Origin: Allorhizobium sp.
GTDB taxonomy: Bacteria > Pseudomonadota > Alphaproteobacteria > Rhizobiales > Rhizobiaceae
NCBI GenBank assembly: GCA_046294755.1
Contig: JBKBON010000006.1
Location: 50,452 to 114,451 of the forward strand
Reading direction: 5' to 3'
Length of the DNA stretch: 64,000 nt
Part shown: positions 51,297-59,575 of the stretch, one piece after another
How the letters are laid out: each line of letters starts with the position of its first letter
How positions within the stretch are numbered: the stretch's first letter is position 1
The notes under the pieces: generated by a model
Told to the model about the DNA's origin: nothing
What the model saw: the letters and a program-made list of their open reading frames with translations, nothing else
Databases searched by the model: none
Program-made: the position numbers and the translations under genes

Positions 51297-51671
51297 ATGG
51301 CTGCAGCAGTCAATATTGCCTTCGAAGCGCCAGGTAACCTCAATGGTGTTACGCCATCGCAAAAGCGCCCGATCGATCTCGTGCATCTTGCCACCCAGAC
51401 CAAGGGCGACAAAGCCGTGGAGGTCGAGATCCTGCAGATGTTCGCCCGGCAGGCTCGTGGTTGCCTTGCCGCCTTCGGCAGCGGTCGAAGCAAGACTGAG
51501 GTGAAGGCTGCCGCCAATCGCCTGCGCAATGCCGCGATGGCGGTCGGCGCATTGCGCGTCGCAGCAGCAGCCGACCTTGTCGAGACCAAGGGGCCGAGCG
51601 CCGACGCGCTTGCGTCTGTTGCCTCGGCGGTCCTTGAAGCCGAACATTTCATCCTGAAGCTTGCCCGCTGA
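51297..51671 (+). CDS. Hpt-fold protein lacking the phospho-acceptor His
   Basis: PIDLVHLATQT.GDK..E.EILQMF N-terminus typical of rhizobial standalone Hpt proteins; the motif reads AANRLRNAAMAVGA; SD AAGGA. Confidence 0.8.
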   Translation: MAAAVNIAFEAPGNLNGVTPSQKRPIDLVHLATQTKGDKAVEVEILQMFARQARGCLAAFGSGRSKTEVKAAANRLRNAAMAVGALRVAAAADLVETKGPSADALASVASAVLEAEHFILKLAR

Positions 51672-51720
51672 ACCGTGACTCCAGGCTTTCTCGAGCGCCG
51701 ATCGCTTTGCCGTGAGTTGA

Positions 51721-52107
<387 letters not shown>

Positions 52108-52134
52108 CGGAAGCGGTGACAGCGCTATCGGCGC

Positions 52135-52263
52135 AAAAAAGCCCCGCTTCCGTCAGACGAAAGCGGGGCAAGGGGGCGCATCGCCAAGCAGGCGAGGGAG
52201 GAAGCACCTGTGGCACCAGGACGCGCCGGGAGAACGGGGAAATCGGTTACGCTTAATCAACGT
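52135..52263 (-). ncRNA. Candidate small regulatory RNA (about 130 nt) with an anti-SD loop
   Basis: Promoter-like TTGATA-N17-TGTCAT (52297-52269); multibranch stem exposing CUUCCUCCC; terminator GCCCCGCTT..AAGCGGGGC followed by U6. Confidence 0.6.
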
Positions 52264-52400
52264 ATTCGATGACACTTATATTTCAGTTTTGTATCAAGGG
52301 CCACGCCGAGAAATTGCCGGTTATTCACAGGCCAAGGCGCAAGGCTCGGGCAAGCCGCAGCGAACCAGCAACACAGACCGTAGTATTTTACGGGTGATTT

Positions 52401-53027
52401 CTACTGGTTCTGGCCTGCTTCACGACGATGTCGGAGAATGCGCTGCATTCGATCCTGAAAATTCTTTGCCTCGATCCGGTCGAATCGCATTTGGGCTTCG
52501 TCATGTGCGGCAGTGACCTCGTCCGTCACCTCGCTTGCTCGATCCTGGAGCATGTCGCAGTCCCGGGTCGGACGCAGCTTCAGCAGCCGTTGCTCAAGAA
52601 GCTTGGCATGCTGACGGGCGATCTCGGCATGGCGCTCCTCGTGGCGCTTGATGTCGGAGGACAAGGCGTCCCACAGGGTGGCCATCTCCTGTGTCGCGCG
52701 CTTTCTGTTCTTCCAGCGAGGAAGAATGAGTTTCGTCTCGACCGTCACCCGGACATCTTCTATTGCGCAGCGATTGCCGCGCAGCGCATAGGTCAGGTCG
52801 CCACCAAAGCGGATCTGTGTCGCGCCCGGGTGCCGGCTGCCGCTTGCCTGGGTAAACGGTCCCTTGCGTGACAGTTCCGCGTCAAGTTCGGCGGCTGTGC
52901 GACCGCCGATCTGAAAGTAGGTGATGGACTTGCGAACCACGACGTCCGCGCTTGCCGAAGGTGGCAGGGAGATGCCGGTCAGGACTGCCAAGGTCAGGGC
53001 GGCCCGAAGACGGCGGGAGTGCTTCAT
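52401..53027 (-). CDS. DUF922 secreted Zn-dependent protease-like protein
   Basis: Signal peptide; YFQIGGRTAAEL, LILPRW, HEERH zinc motif. Confidence 0.87.
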   Translation of the reverse strand: MKHSRRLRAALTLAVLTGISLPPSASADVVVRKSITYFQIGGRTAAELDAELSRKGPFTQASGSRHPGATQIRFGGDLTYALRGNRCAIEDVRVTVETKLILPRWKNRKRATQEMATLWDALSSDIKRHEERHAEIARQHAKLLEQRLLKLRPTRDCDMLQDRASEVTDEVTAAHDEAQMRFDRIEAKNFQDRMQRILRHRREAGQNQ

Positions 53028-53131
53028 TCTTTTTTCCGCAATGTTGTATTCGCCGCGCCCTTAAGGCATAGCCAAAGCCGATTTGCACTATCGCAGCTTC
53101 GCGGATTTCCGTCGAGAGGATACAGGGTCGC

Positions 53132-54007
53132 GTGACCATGGTTGAACGCTCAATTTGGCGTGTGGGGCACGGCCGTACGCTCGACCTGACAGATCGCGGT
53201 GCAATCATGGCCATCGTCAATGTGACGCCCGATTCCTTCTCGGATGGCGGGCTGCATGCGAATGTCGAGGCAGCGGTCTCGCATGCCCTCGCTTGTGTCG
53301 ACGAAGGCGCAGTCATCCTCGATATTGGCGGGGAATCGACCCGTCCAGGGGCTGCCGAGGTCAGTGCAGACGAAGAAATGGCACGGGTTCTGCCGGTCAT
53401 ATCTGCCCTGAGGCAGAGAACTGAAGCGCTCATCTCGATCGACACCTACCGTGCCTCGACCGCAAGGGCGGCTGTCGATGCCGGTGCGCATATCATCAAT
53501 GATGTGCACGGCCTTCAGCGGGAGCCCGTAATCGCGGCCGTCGCGGGTGAGAGTGGTGCAGGGCTCTGTATCATGCATACCGGCAGAGGACGCGAGAAGC
53601 TCGCGGATCCGATCGCCGATCAACGGCATTTTCTTGGGGCTTCGCTGGAGATCGCGGCCAAGGCCGGTGTTGCGCGCGAAACAATCGTTCTCGATCCGGG
53701 TTTCGGTTTTGCCAAGGAAACCACGGAAGAAAACATGGAACTGATTGTCCGTTTCGAGGAGTTGCGCTCGTTTGGTCTGCCGCTGCTGGCCGGTACGTCA
53801 CGCAAGCGATTCCTCGGCGCCCTGACAGGGCGGGACGCGCGTGACCGTGATGCCGCAACGGCTGCGACGACCGTGGCGCTGCGGTTGAAAGGTGCATCCG
53901 TTTTCCGCGTCCATAATGTCGCGATCAACCGGGACGCGCTGGTGATGGCGGATGCTATGCTTGCCGCCGAGCGGCGTCTCGCCGCGACGAAGGGATCGAC
54001 CGAATGA
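53132..54007 (+). CDS. folP: Dihydropteroate synthase
   Basis: NVTPDSFSDGG, DIGGESTRPG, SIDTY, DPGFGF, SRKRF, RVHNV. Confidence 0.97.
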   Translation: MTMVERSIWRVGHGRTLDLTDRGAIMAIVNVTPDSFSDGGLHANVEAAVSHALACVDEGAVILDIGGESTRPGAAEVSADEEMARVLPVISALRQRTEALISIDTYRASTARAAVDAGAHIINDVHGLQREPVIAAVAGESGAGLCIMHTGRGREKLADPIADQRHFLGASLEIAAKAGVARETIVLDPGFGFAKETTEENMELIVRFEELRSFGLPLLAGTSRKRFLGALTGRDARDRDAATAATTVALRLKGASVFRVHNVAINRDALVMADAMLAAERRLAATKGSTE

Positions 54008-54375
54008 GCGGTGTTTTCACCATCACACTCCAGAACTGCGCTTTCTTTGCTCATCACGGAGTGTTTCCAGAGGAGGGCGTGCTCGGCCAGCGCTTCTTTG
54101 TCGATGCGGAATTCGATGTCGACGCACTCGCGGCAGCGGAGACCGATACGCTCGACGGGACCGTTCATTACGGCATTGCCTTCGAGGTGATCCGTGACAT
54201 CGTCACGGGGAGCCGCCGGCAGTTAATCGAGGCACTGGCACTTGCGATCGCGCGCGGGCTGCTCGATCGCTTTCCGGAAATACTGCGGTGTCGGATCACC
54301 GTGCGCAAGCCGAGCGCTCCTATCGCCGGCATTCTCGACCATGTGCAGGTGAGTGTTGAAGAATTCAGACGTTAA
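54004..54375 (+). CDS. folB: Dihydroneopterin aldolase
   Basis: FAHHGVFPEE..LGQRFFVD, TVHY, LIEALA, RKPSAP. Confidence 0.95.
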   Translation: MSGVFTITLQNCAFFAHHGVFPEEGVLGQRFFVDAEFDVDALAAAETDTLDGTVHYGIAFEVIRDIVTGSRRQLIEALALAIARGLLDRFPEILRCRITVRKPSAPIAGILDHVQVSVEEFRR

Positions 54376-54880
54376 GCGCTGGCAGGCGGCTACACTCGGC
54401 CTCGGCGGTAATCTGGGCGATCCGGTGGCGGCGATGGCTGAGGCCTTGCGGCGCCTCGATGAGCGGCGCGACTGTCGCGTTACCTCGGTGTCACGGCTAT
54501 ACCGGACGCCACCCTGGGGAAAAACCGATCAGGACGATTTCTACAATGCCTGTGCGGCTGTCGAGACCTTGCTTGAGCCGCAGGAGTTGCTGGCGGCCTG
54601 CCTTGAGATTGAGCGGACGATGAAACGCGTACGGGTGGAGCGCTGGGGGCCGCGCACCATCGATATCGACATCCTGACCTTCTCCGACCGACTCATCGAT
54701 GCAGAGCACCTCAAGGTGCCGCACCCGCGGATGACGGAACGCGCTTTCGTGTTGATGCCGCTGGCCGATCTTGATCCCCAGCTATCGGTCCAGGGGCAGC
54801 CGCTGGCCGCTTGGCTGCAGGCCGTCGATAAGGCGGGAATTGTCGTCGCAAACGAAAACCGCGCCTGGTGGCGCGGTTGA
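54353..54880 (+). CDS. folK: 2-amino-4-hydroxy-6-hydroxymethyldihydropteridine diphosphokinase
   Basis: LGLGGNLGD, RWGPRTIDIDIL, VPHPRMTERAFVL. Confidence 0.95.
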   Translation: MLKNSDVKRWQAATLGLGGNLGDPVAAMAEALRRLDERRDCRVTSVSRLYRTPPWGKTDQDDFYNACAAVETLLEPQELLAACLEIERTMKRVRVERWGPRTIDIDILTFSDRLIDAEHLKVPHPRMTERAFVLMPLADLDPQLSVQGQPLAAWLQAVDKAGIVVANENRAWWRG

Positions 54881-54907
54881 AATCCGACGGACATGCCTTT
54901 GTGGCTG

Positions 54908-55450
54908 TCAGTTGTTTTCGGCCATGGCGGTTGCCTGACGGTTGAGCTTCAGGCCGATGACCGGGATCATCCGGTCTTCCACTTTGACTGAAATCGTGAT
55001 GTTCATGGCATCGTTTTCTTCGATACGCGCAACCATTGCGCCGTTGAGCTTGGCGCGGTTGATGCCCATGACGGCGCGGTTGCCGGTGACGGTGCCTGAG
55101 ACGATGTCGAGGCCCTTGCCTTCAGCGCCGTCGAGGAACTGGCCCTTGTAGGTGCCGCCGGCCTGGGAAATCACGGCGGACATGGGCTGGCTGAAAACGC
55201 CGACCCGGCAGGTGCCATCGAGCTTCAGGCCTGTTTCATTGCCCTCGGCCGGCAGGCCCGTCAGGTTGCAGGTGAACTTGGTGCCCTTGTACTTGCCCGC
55301 AACGATTTCGCCCGGACCCTTCCAGACCCCAGCGACAGACTCAAAGAAACGCTTGTCGCGCGAAGCCGCGTCAGCAACCGTGGCCGGCATCAGAGCGACG
55401 GCGGCAAGAATGGCGGCGCAGCGGCCGAATGTCGAGGAGCGAGAGAACAT
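54908..55450 (-). CDS. Conserved exported hypothetical protein (beta-rich, one Cys pair)
   Basis: Signal peptide; GVWKGPGEIVAGKYKGTKFTC...GTCRVG. Confidence 0.78.
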   Translation of the reverse strand: MFSRSSTFGRCAAILAAVALMPATVADAASRDKRFFESVAGVWKGPGEIVAGKYKGTKFTCNLTGLPAEGNETGLKLDGTCRVGVFSQPMSAVISQAGGTYKGQFLDGAEGKGLDIVSGTVTGNRAVMGINRAKLNGAMVARIEENDAMNITISVKVEDRMIPVIGLKLNRQATAMAENN

Positions 55451-55503
55451 CGATTTGCCTTGGTACGAGAAACCAGAAACCCCGCGAAGACCCTAGCGGA
55501 AAA

Positions 55504-55522
55504 ATGGTTAATGCATCCTTGC
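55504..55522 (-). promoter_or_regulatory. CtrA-like box upstream of the exported hypothetical gene
   Basis: Minus strand GCAA-ggatgca-TTAACCAT, about 55 bp upstream of the ATG. Confidence 0.5.
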
Positions 55523-55590
55523 ATTAGCCGCAAATGCGGGGTCCGACAATCGCCAAAAGTCACAGGTTTCTGCAGTGTGGCTGATCTGCC

Positions 55591-56700
55591 TCACTCTGTC
55601 CGGTTGCGATCTCTGCCGGTCATCGACGGTGTCAGGTCACCGATGAAGTCGCCGACGCCCGGCCGCTTTGTGGCGCGGAAGGGCAGCGGTCGGCAGAGGT
55701 CCATGGCGGCAATGCCGATGCGGGCCGTCATCAGCCCGTTGATGACGCCTTCGCCGAGGCGCGTCGAGAGACGCGCGGCAAGCCCATGGCCAAGCACCTG
55801 CTGGGCGAGGCCGTCACCGATTGCGATGGAGCCGGTCACGGCCAGGTGCGCAAAGACATCTTTGAGGAGCCTGAGCATTCCAAAGGAGCCCGGCCGGCCG
55901 CCATAGAGGTCGGCCATGCCGCGCACGAGGCGGACCACCTCGAAAAGGACATAGGCGAGATCGACCACGGCGCGGGGGCTGACGGCGGTGACGACCGAGA
56001 CACGCTTGGACGAGTTGAGGATCAGCGCGCGGGCCTTCACGTCGAGAGGGCCCAGCAATTCCCGTTCAGCCAGATCGATCAGATGCGGCGCGTCGATGAT
56101 GTCGTCCTCCACCGCAGCGAGCGTCTTTTGCCCGCGGGACGTTTCGGCTCGATGGGCGACGAGGCGCGTCAGCTTCCTGACCACCGAAGCTGCCTGCTGG
56201 CGCTTGCCGCTCTGGGCTGCGGCTTCGGCCTCGGCCTTCAGATCCTGCACGGCGTCGAGACGCCAAAGGCCGACCAGTTCGCGACCAACGGCGACTGACA
56301 GGGCGAGCAGACCGATGGCGAGCACTGCAAGCGCCATATAGCCCAACCAGTCGGCGCGTGCGAAGAGATCGGAGATCAGCCGGTCGACCCATAGGCCCAG
56401 TGCCAGCGACAACAGGACGCCGAAAGCGGCTGTGGCGAGTTTGGCAAAGGAGAAGCGACGGCGGCGCGGTTCGGCCACCGGCACCGGCGGCAGGTCACCG
56501 GCTGCGGCAATGAACGGGTCTTCCTCATCGGGCACGATCACGACGTCCCCCGCGAAACTGCGCGGCGGCCTGCTGGAGGCTTCCGTGGTGGTGGTGGTGC
56601 TCGGCGCTTCCGACTCGACAGTAAAGGCTGCGGGGCGTCTCTGGCGGTCAGCGGATTGCGCCGCTGGCGTGCCAGTCGGAGGAACGGTCGGTTTCTTCAT
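55591..56700 (-). CDS. ycjF: YcjF / UPF0283 membrane protein
   Basis: VTAVSPRAVVD, LYGGRPG, RLGEGVINGLMTARIG..AMDLCRPLPF; coupled to ycjX. Confidence 0.92.
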   Translation of the reverse strand: MKKPTVPPTGTPAAQSADRQRRPAAFTVESEAPSTTTTTEASSRPPRSFAGDVVIVPDEEDPFIAAAGDLPPVPVAEPRRRRFSFAKLATAAFGVLLSLALGLWVDRLISDLFARADWLGYMALAVLAIGLLALSVAVGRELVGLWRLDAVQDLKAEAEAAAQSGKRQQAASVVRKLTRLVAHRAETSRGQKTLAAVEDDIIDAPHLIDLAERELLGPLDVKARALILNSSKRVSVVTAVSPRAVVDLAYVLFEVVRLVRGMADLYGGRPGSFGMLRLLKDVFAHLAVTGSIAIGDGLAQQVLGHGLAARLSTRLGEGVINGLMTARIGIAAMDLCRPLPFRATKRPGVGDFIGDLTPSMTGRDRNRTE

Positions 56701-58169
56701 GCGAGACGGTCTCCAAGCAGGAATTGCAGCGCGCGATCGAGACGGATATGCGGTACGGAGAGCGTTACGCCCTGCTTCTCGTCGAGATGCGGCGGCCGAA
56801 ACCGGACGATGCTAAGGTCTGGCAGCATTGCGGAGGCGTCACCTGCATCCACCGACTTAAAATAGGCCTCGGGATCGCGCGGCAGGTCGCCGGGGAAGAC
56901 CGCGGTCTTGCGGTTTCCGTCGAAAATTTCGTCTCCGATGCTTTCGCCCGCCATCGGGGTGCCGACAATCACCGGAAGATCGTGACCGTCCTGCTTCACA
57001 TTGGCTTCGCGGGTCGCGCGAACGGAGGCAAGCGCCATGACCTCAATGCCGGCACCGCTCATGTCGATGGTGCGGATCGCGCGATTGACCAGACGGCGGG
57101 TCAGGATTTCAAGGCGGTCGTGGCTTTCATGATGAAGGTGGTCGGCCTTGGTCGCCGCCACCAGCACGCGATCGATCCGGCGGCGTACCAACGATGTCAG
57201 GATATTGTTGGAGCCGGCTCGGAAACAGGTCAGCACCTCGGCCAGCGCGCGTTCGAGATCCTGCACCGCTTCGGGGCCTCGGTTGATTGCCTGAAGCGCG
57301 TCGACGAGCACGATCTGGCGATCCAGGCGGGCGAAATGCTCCCGGAAGAACGGCTTTACGACGACGGACTTATAGGCTTCGAACCGGCGCTCCATCATGG
57401 CCCGAAGCGAACCCTTCGGTGCCCGGCCTTCCGGCAGCATCGGCAGCGGCGCAAAGGTCAGCGCGGGCGAGCCTTCCAGATCGCCCGGCATCAGGAACCG
57501 ACCCGGTGGAAGGGTGGACAAGGAGCGTTCGTCGGACTTGCAAAGCCTTAAATAGGTGGTGAAGGTGTCGGCCAGCCGACGGGCAGTCATTTCGTCAGCC
57601 GGGGCATCGGGGTCGATACTCTCAGCCAGTGCAAGCCACTCCGCCGCGAGTTCGGCCCGAACGCCGGTACCGGCGAGTTGCACGGTGTTTTGCGAAAAGG
57701 TGCGGTAGTCCTGGCCGAGAAGCGGCAGGTCGAGCAGCCACTCCCCAGGATAGTCCACAATGTCGATCGACAGCCTGCCCGAGGAGAACATGCGGCTCCA
57801 GGTGCTGGCGCTCTGGTACTCGATCGTCAGCCGCAGTTCCGAGATGGCGCGGGTGGAGTCGGGCCATATCCGTTCTTCGACGAGGGCTCTGATGTGATCC
57901 TCGTATTGAAATCGCGGTACGGCGTCGTCAGGCTGTTCCTGCAGGGTCGCGCCCGTCATGCGGCCGGAGCGCAGGGGCTCGAACAAGGGCAGGCGTCCGC
58001 CGTGCAGCAGATTGTGCACCAGTGACGAAATGAACACGGTCTTGCCCGCACGCGAAAGGCCGGTGACGCCGAGCCTGATCGTCGGGTTGACCAGGTTTGC
58101 GGCACGATCGGCAAGATTGTCGAGGGTGATCGCGGCTTCATCGGTCAGGCTGGTGAGGGAAGGGGGCAA
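56697..58169 (-). CDS. ycjX: YcjX-family Ras-like GTPase/ATPase
   Basis: GVTGLSRAGKTVF, DYPGEWLLDL, DRQIVLVD, ATKADH, PHIRLD. Confidence 0.94.
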   Translation of the reverse strand: MPPSLTSLTDEAAITLDNLADRAANLVNPTIRLGVTGLSRAGKTVFISSLVHNLLHGGRLPLFEPLRSGRMTGATLQEQPDDAVPRFQYEDHIRALVEERIWPDSTRAISELRLTIEYQSASTWSRMFSSGRLSIDIVDYPGEWLLDLPLLGQDYRTFSQNTVQLAGTGVRAELAAEWLALAESIDPDAPADEMTARRLADTFTTYLRLCKSDERSLSTLPPGRFLMPGDLEGSPALTFAPLPMLPEGRAPKGSLRAMMERRFEAYKSVVVKPFFREHFARLDRQIVLVDALQAINRGPEAVQDLERALAEVLTCFRAGSNNILTSLVRRRIDRVLVAATKADHLHHESHDRLEILTRRLVNRAIRTIDMSGAGIEVMALASVRATREANVKQDGHDLPVIVGTPMAGESIGDEIFDGNRKTAVFPGDLPRDPEAYFKSVDAGDASAMLPDLSIVRFRPPHLDEKQGVTLSVPHIRLDRALQFLLGDRLA

Positions 58170-58297
58170 AGGGCTGTCCTGCAGAGCGGTGACGGGTCTT
58201 GGACATCCCCGGCACGAGAGTTCATCTAACTGGAAATCTCATATAGGCGCAGGTCGGGGCGCAAAAAAGAGGCATGGCCTCCCTGTCATCGACCGGA

Positions 58298-58792
58298 TCA
58301 GCCGACCAGAAAATCGCGCAAGATATAGGTGTCATCACCCGTTGCGTCGATGACTGCGAGCCCCGAGGTGGGATAGCCTTCAGGCACGGTCCGCTCCATG
58401 ACCTCGTTGCCGCAGAGCATAGCGAAGACTTCTTCCATCGCCGGGTTGTGACCAACGAGCATCAGGGCATCAACCCCGCGGGTGGAATGGGCAATCTCGA
58501 GATAGGCGTCAGCCGGCCCATTGTAGAGTGCGTCGACATAGCGGAATTCGACCAGGCCGGAGAATACTCGCTTGATGGCGTCTGCGGTTTGCCGGCAGCG
58601 CTTGGCGGTTGAGCATACAACCAGATCAGGGCGGTAACCCTTGTCGGCGGCCGTTTCAGCCAGCAGTTCCGCTTCGGCGAAGCCTGCATCCGACAGGCTG
58701 CGATCGAAATCCCGACCACCGGGCTCGGCCCAACCGGATTTCGCGTGGCGCAGCAGATAGATGCGCTTGGGGAACTGAATGAAGGGCGTCAT
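58298..58792 (-). CDS. sixA: Phosphohistidine phosphatase SixA family
   Basis: LLRHAKS, DFDRSLS, STAKRCRQT, LMLVGHNP. Confidence 0.9.
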   Translation of the reverse strand: MTPFIQFPKRIYLLRHAKSGWAEPGGRDFDRSLSDAGFAEAELLAETAADKGYRPDLVVCSTAKRCRQTADAIKRVFSGLVEFRYVDALYNGPADAYLEIAHSTRGVDALMLVGHNPAMEEVFAMLCGNEVMERTVPEGYPTSGLAVIDATGDDTYILRDFLVG

Positions 58793-59003
58793 CCGTTGGA
58801 CATTCCGCGTGAGATGGTGCTGCACAACTGAAGTACCGGTTCTAGGCCCTTGCCGTCAACCTGCGAGCAGCCTGCGCACATCATTCCATCGTGTTCGGTC
58901 CTTGTGTATCGCTCGATGGCCGGGAAGAAAAATATGCTTAAAAAATAGAAATTTAGATGAAAAATGTAACAGATTTAAAAATGGCGTGGAAACAGTCTTG
59001 AGG

Positions 59004-59032
59004 CTTGAACCGCTTGCGTTGAAAGGATATAC
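59004..59032 (+). promoter_or_regulatory. Sigma70/RpoH-type promoter of dksA
   Basis: CTTGAA-N17-ATATAC followed by GC-rich ACCCGCCC, with an AT-rich upstream tract. Confidence 0.55.
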
Positions 59033-59067
59033 ACCCGCCCATTGAGATGTTCTTCAGGAGAATCGCG

Positions 59068-59487
59068 TTGAGTGAGAAGATCAATCTTAGCAATTATGTA
59101 CTCTCGGAAGACGATGAGTTCATGAACGCGAACCAGCGGGCCTACTTCCGGGCCAAGCTTATCGCCTGGAAGAACGACATCCTCCGTGAAGCGCGCGAGA
59201 CGCTCGGCCATCTCGCGGAAGAAAGCGCCAATCATCCCGATCTCGCTGATCGGGCTTCCTCCGAAACCGACAGAGCGATCGAACTCAGAGCCCGGGATCG
59301 TCAGCGCAAGCTTATCTCTAAGATTGACGCGGCGCTGCAGCGTATCGATGACGGCACCTATGGCTATTGCGAGGAAACTGGCGAGCCGATCGGGCTGAAG
59401 CGTCTGGACGCCCGTCCAATTGCCACTCTCTCGATCGAGGCCCAGGAGCGGCATGAGCGTCGCGAGAAGGTGTATCGCGACGAGTAA
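59068..59487 (+). CDS. dksA: RNA polymerase-binding factor DksA
   Basis: DLADRA coiled-coil tip, GTYGYCEETGEPIGLKRLDARPIA; TTG start after AGGAG. Confidence 0.96.
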   Translation: MSEKINLSNYVLSEDDEFMNANQRAYFRAKLIAWKNDILREARETLGHLAEESANHPDLADRASSETDRAIELRARDRQRKLISKIDAALQRIDDGTYGYCEETGEPIGLKRLDARPIATLSIEAQERHERREKVYRDE

Positions 59488-59528
59488 AGCTCAAGCCTTG
59501 CCGGATTGGTCGAGGTTGCTGTGAATTC

Positions 59529-59556
59529 AAGACCCGCCTCTGGCGGGTCTTTTTTT
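59529..59556 (+). terminator. Intrinsic terminator after dksA
   Basis: AAGACCCGCC-TCT-GGCGGGTCTT followed by TTTTT. Confidence 0.88.
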
Positions 59557-59575
59557 GCTCGGCGCAAGCCCGCTC

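Noticed and set aside
59068-59487. DksA with only one Cys instead of a four-Cys zinc finger
   Set aside because: Normal for alphaproteobacterial DksA proteins, so neither novel nor a pseudogene.
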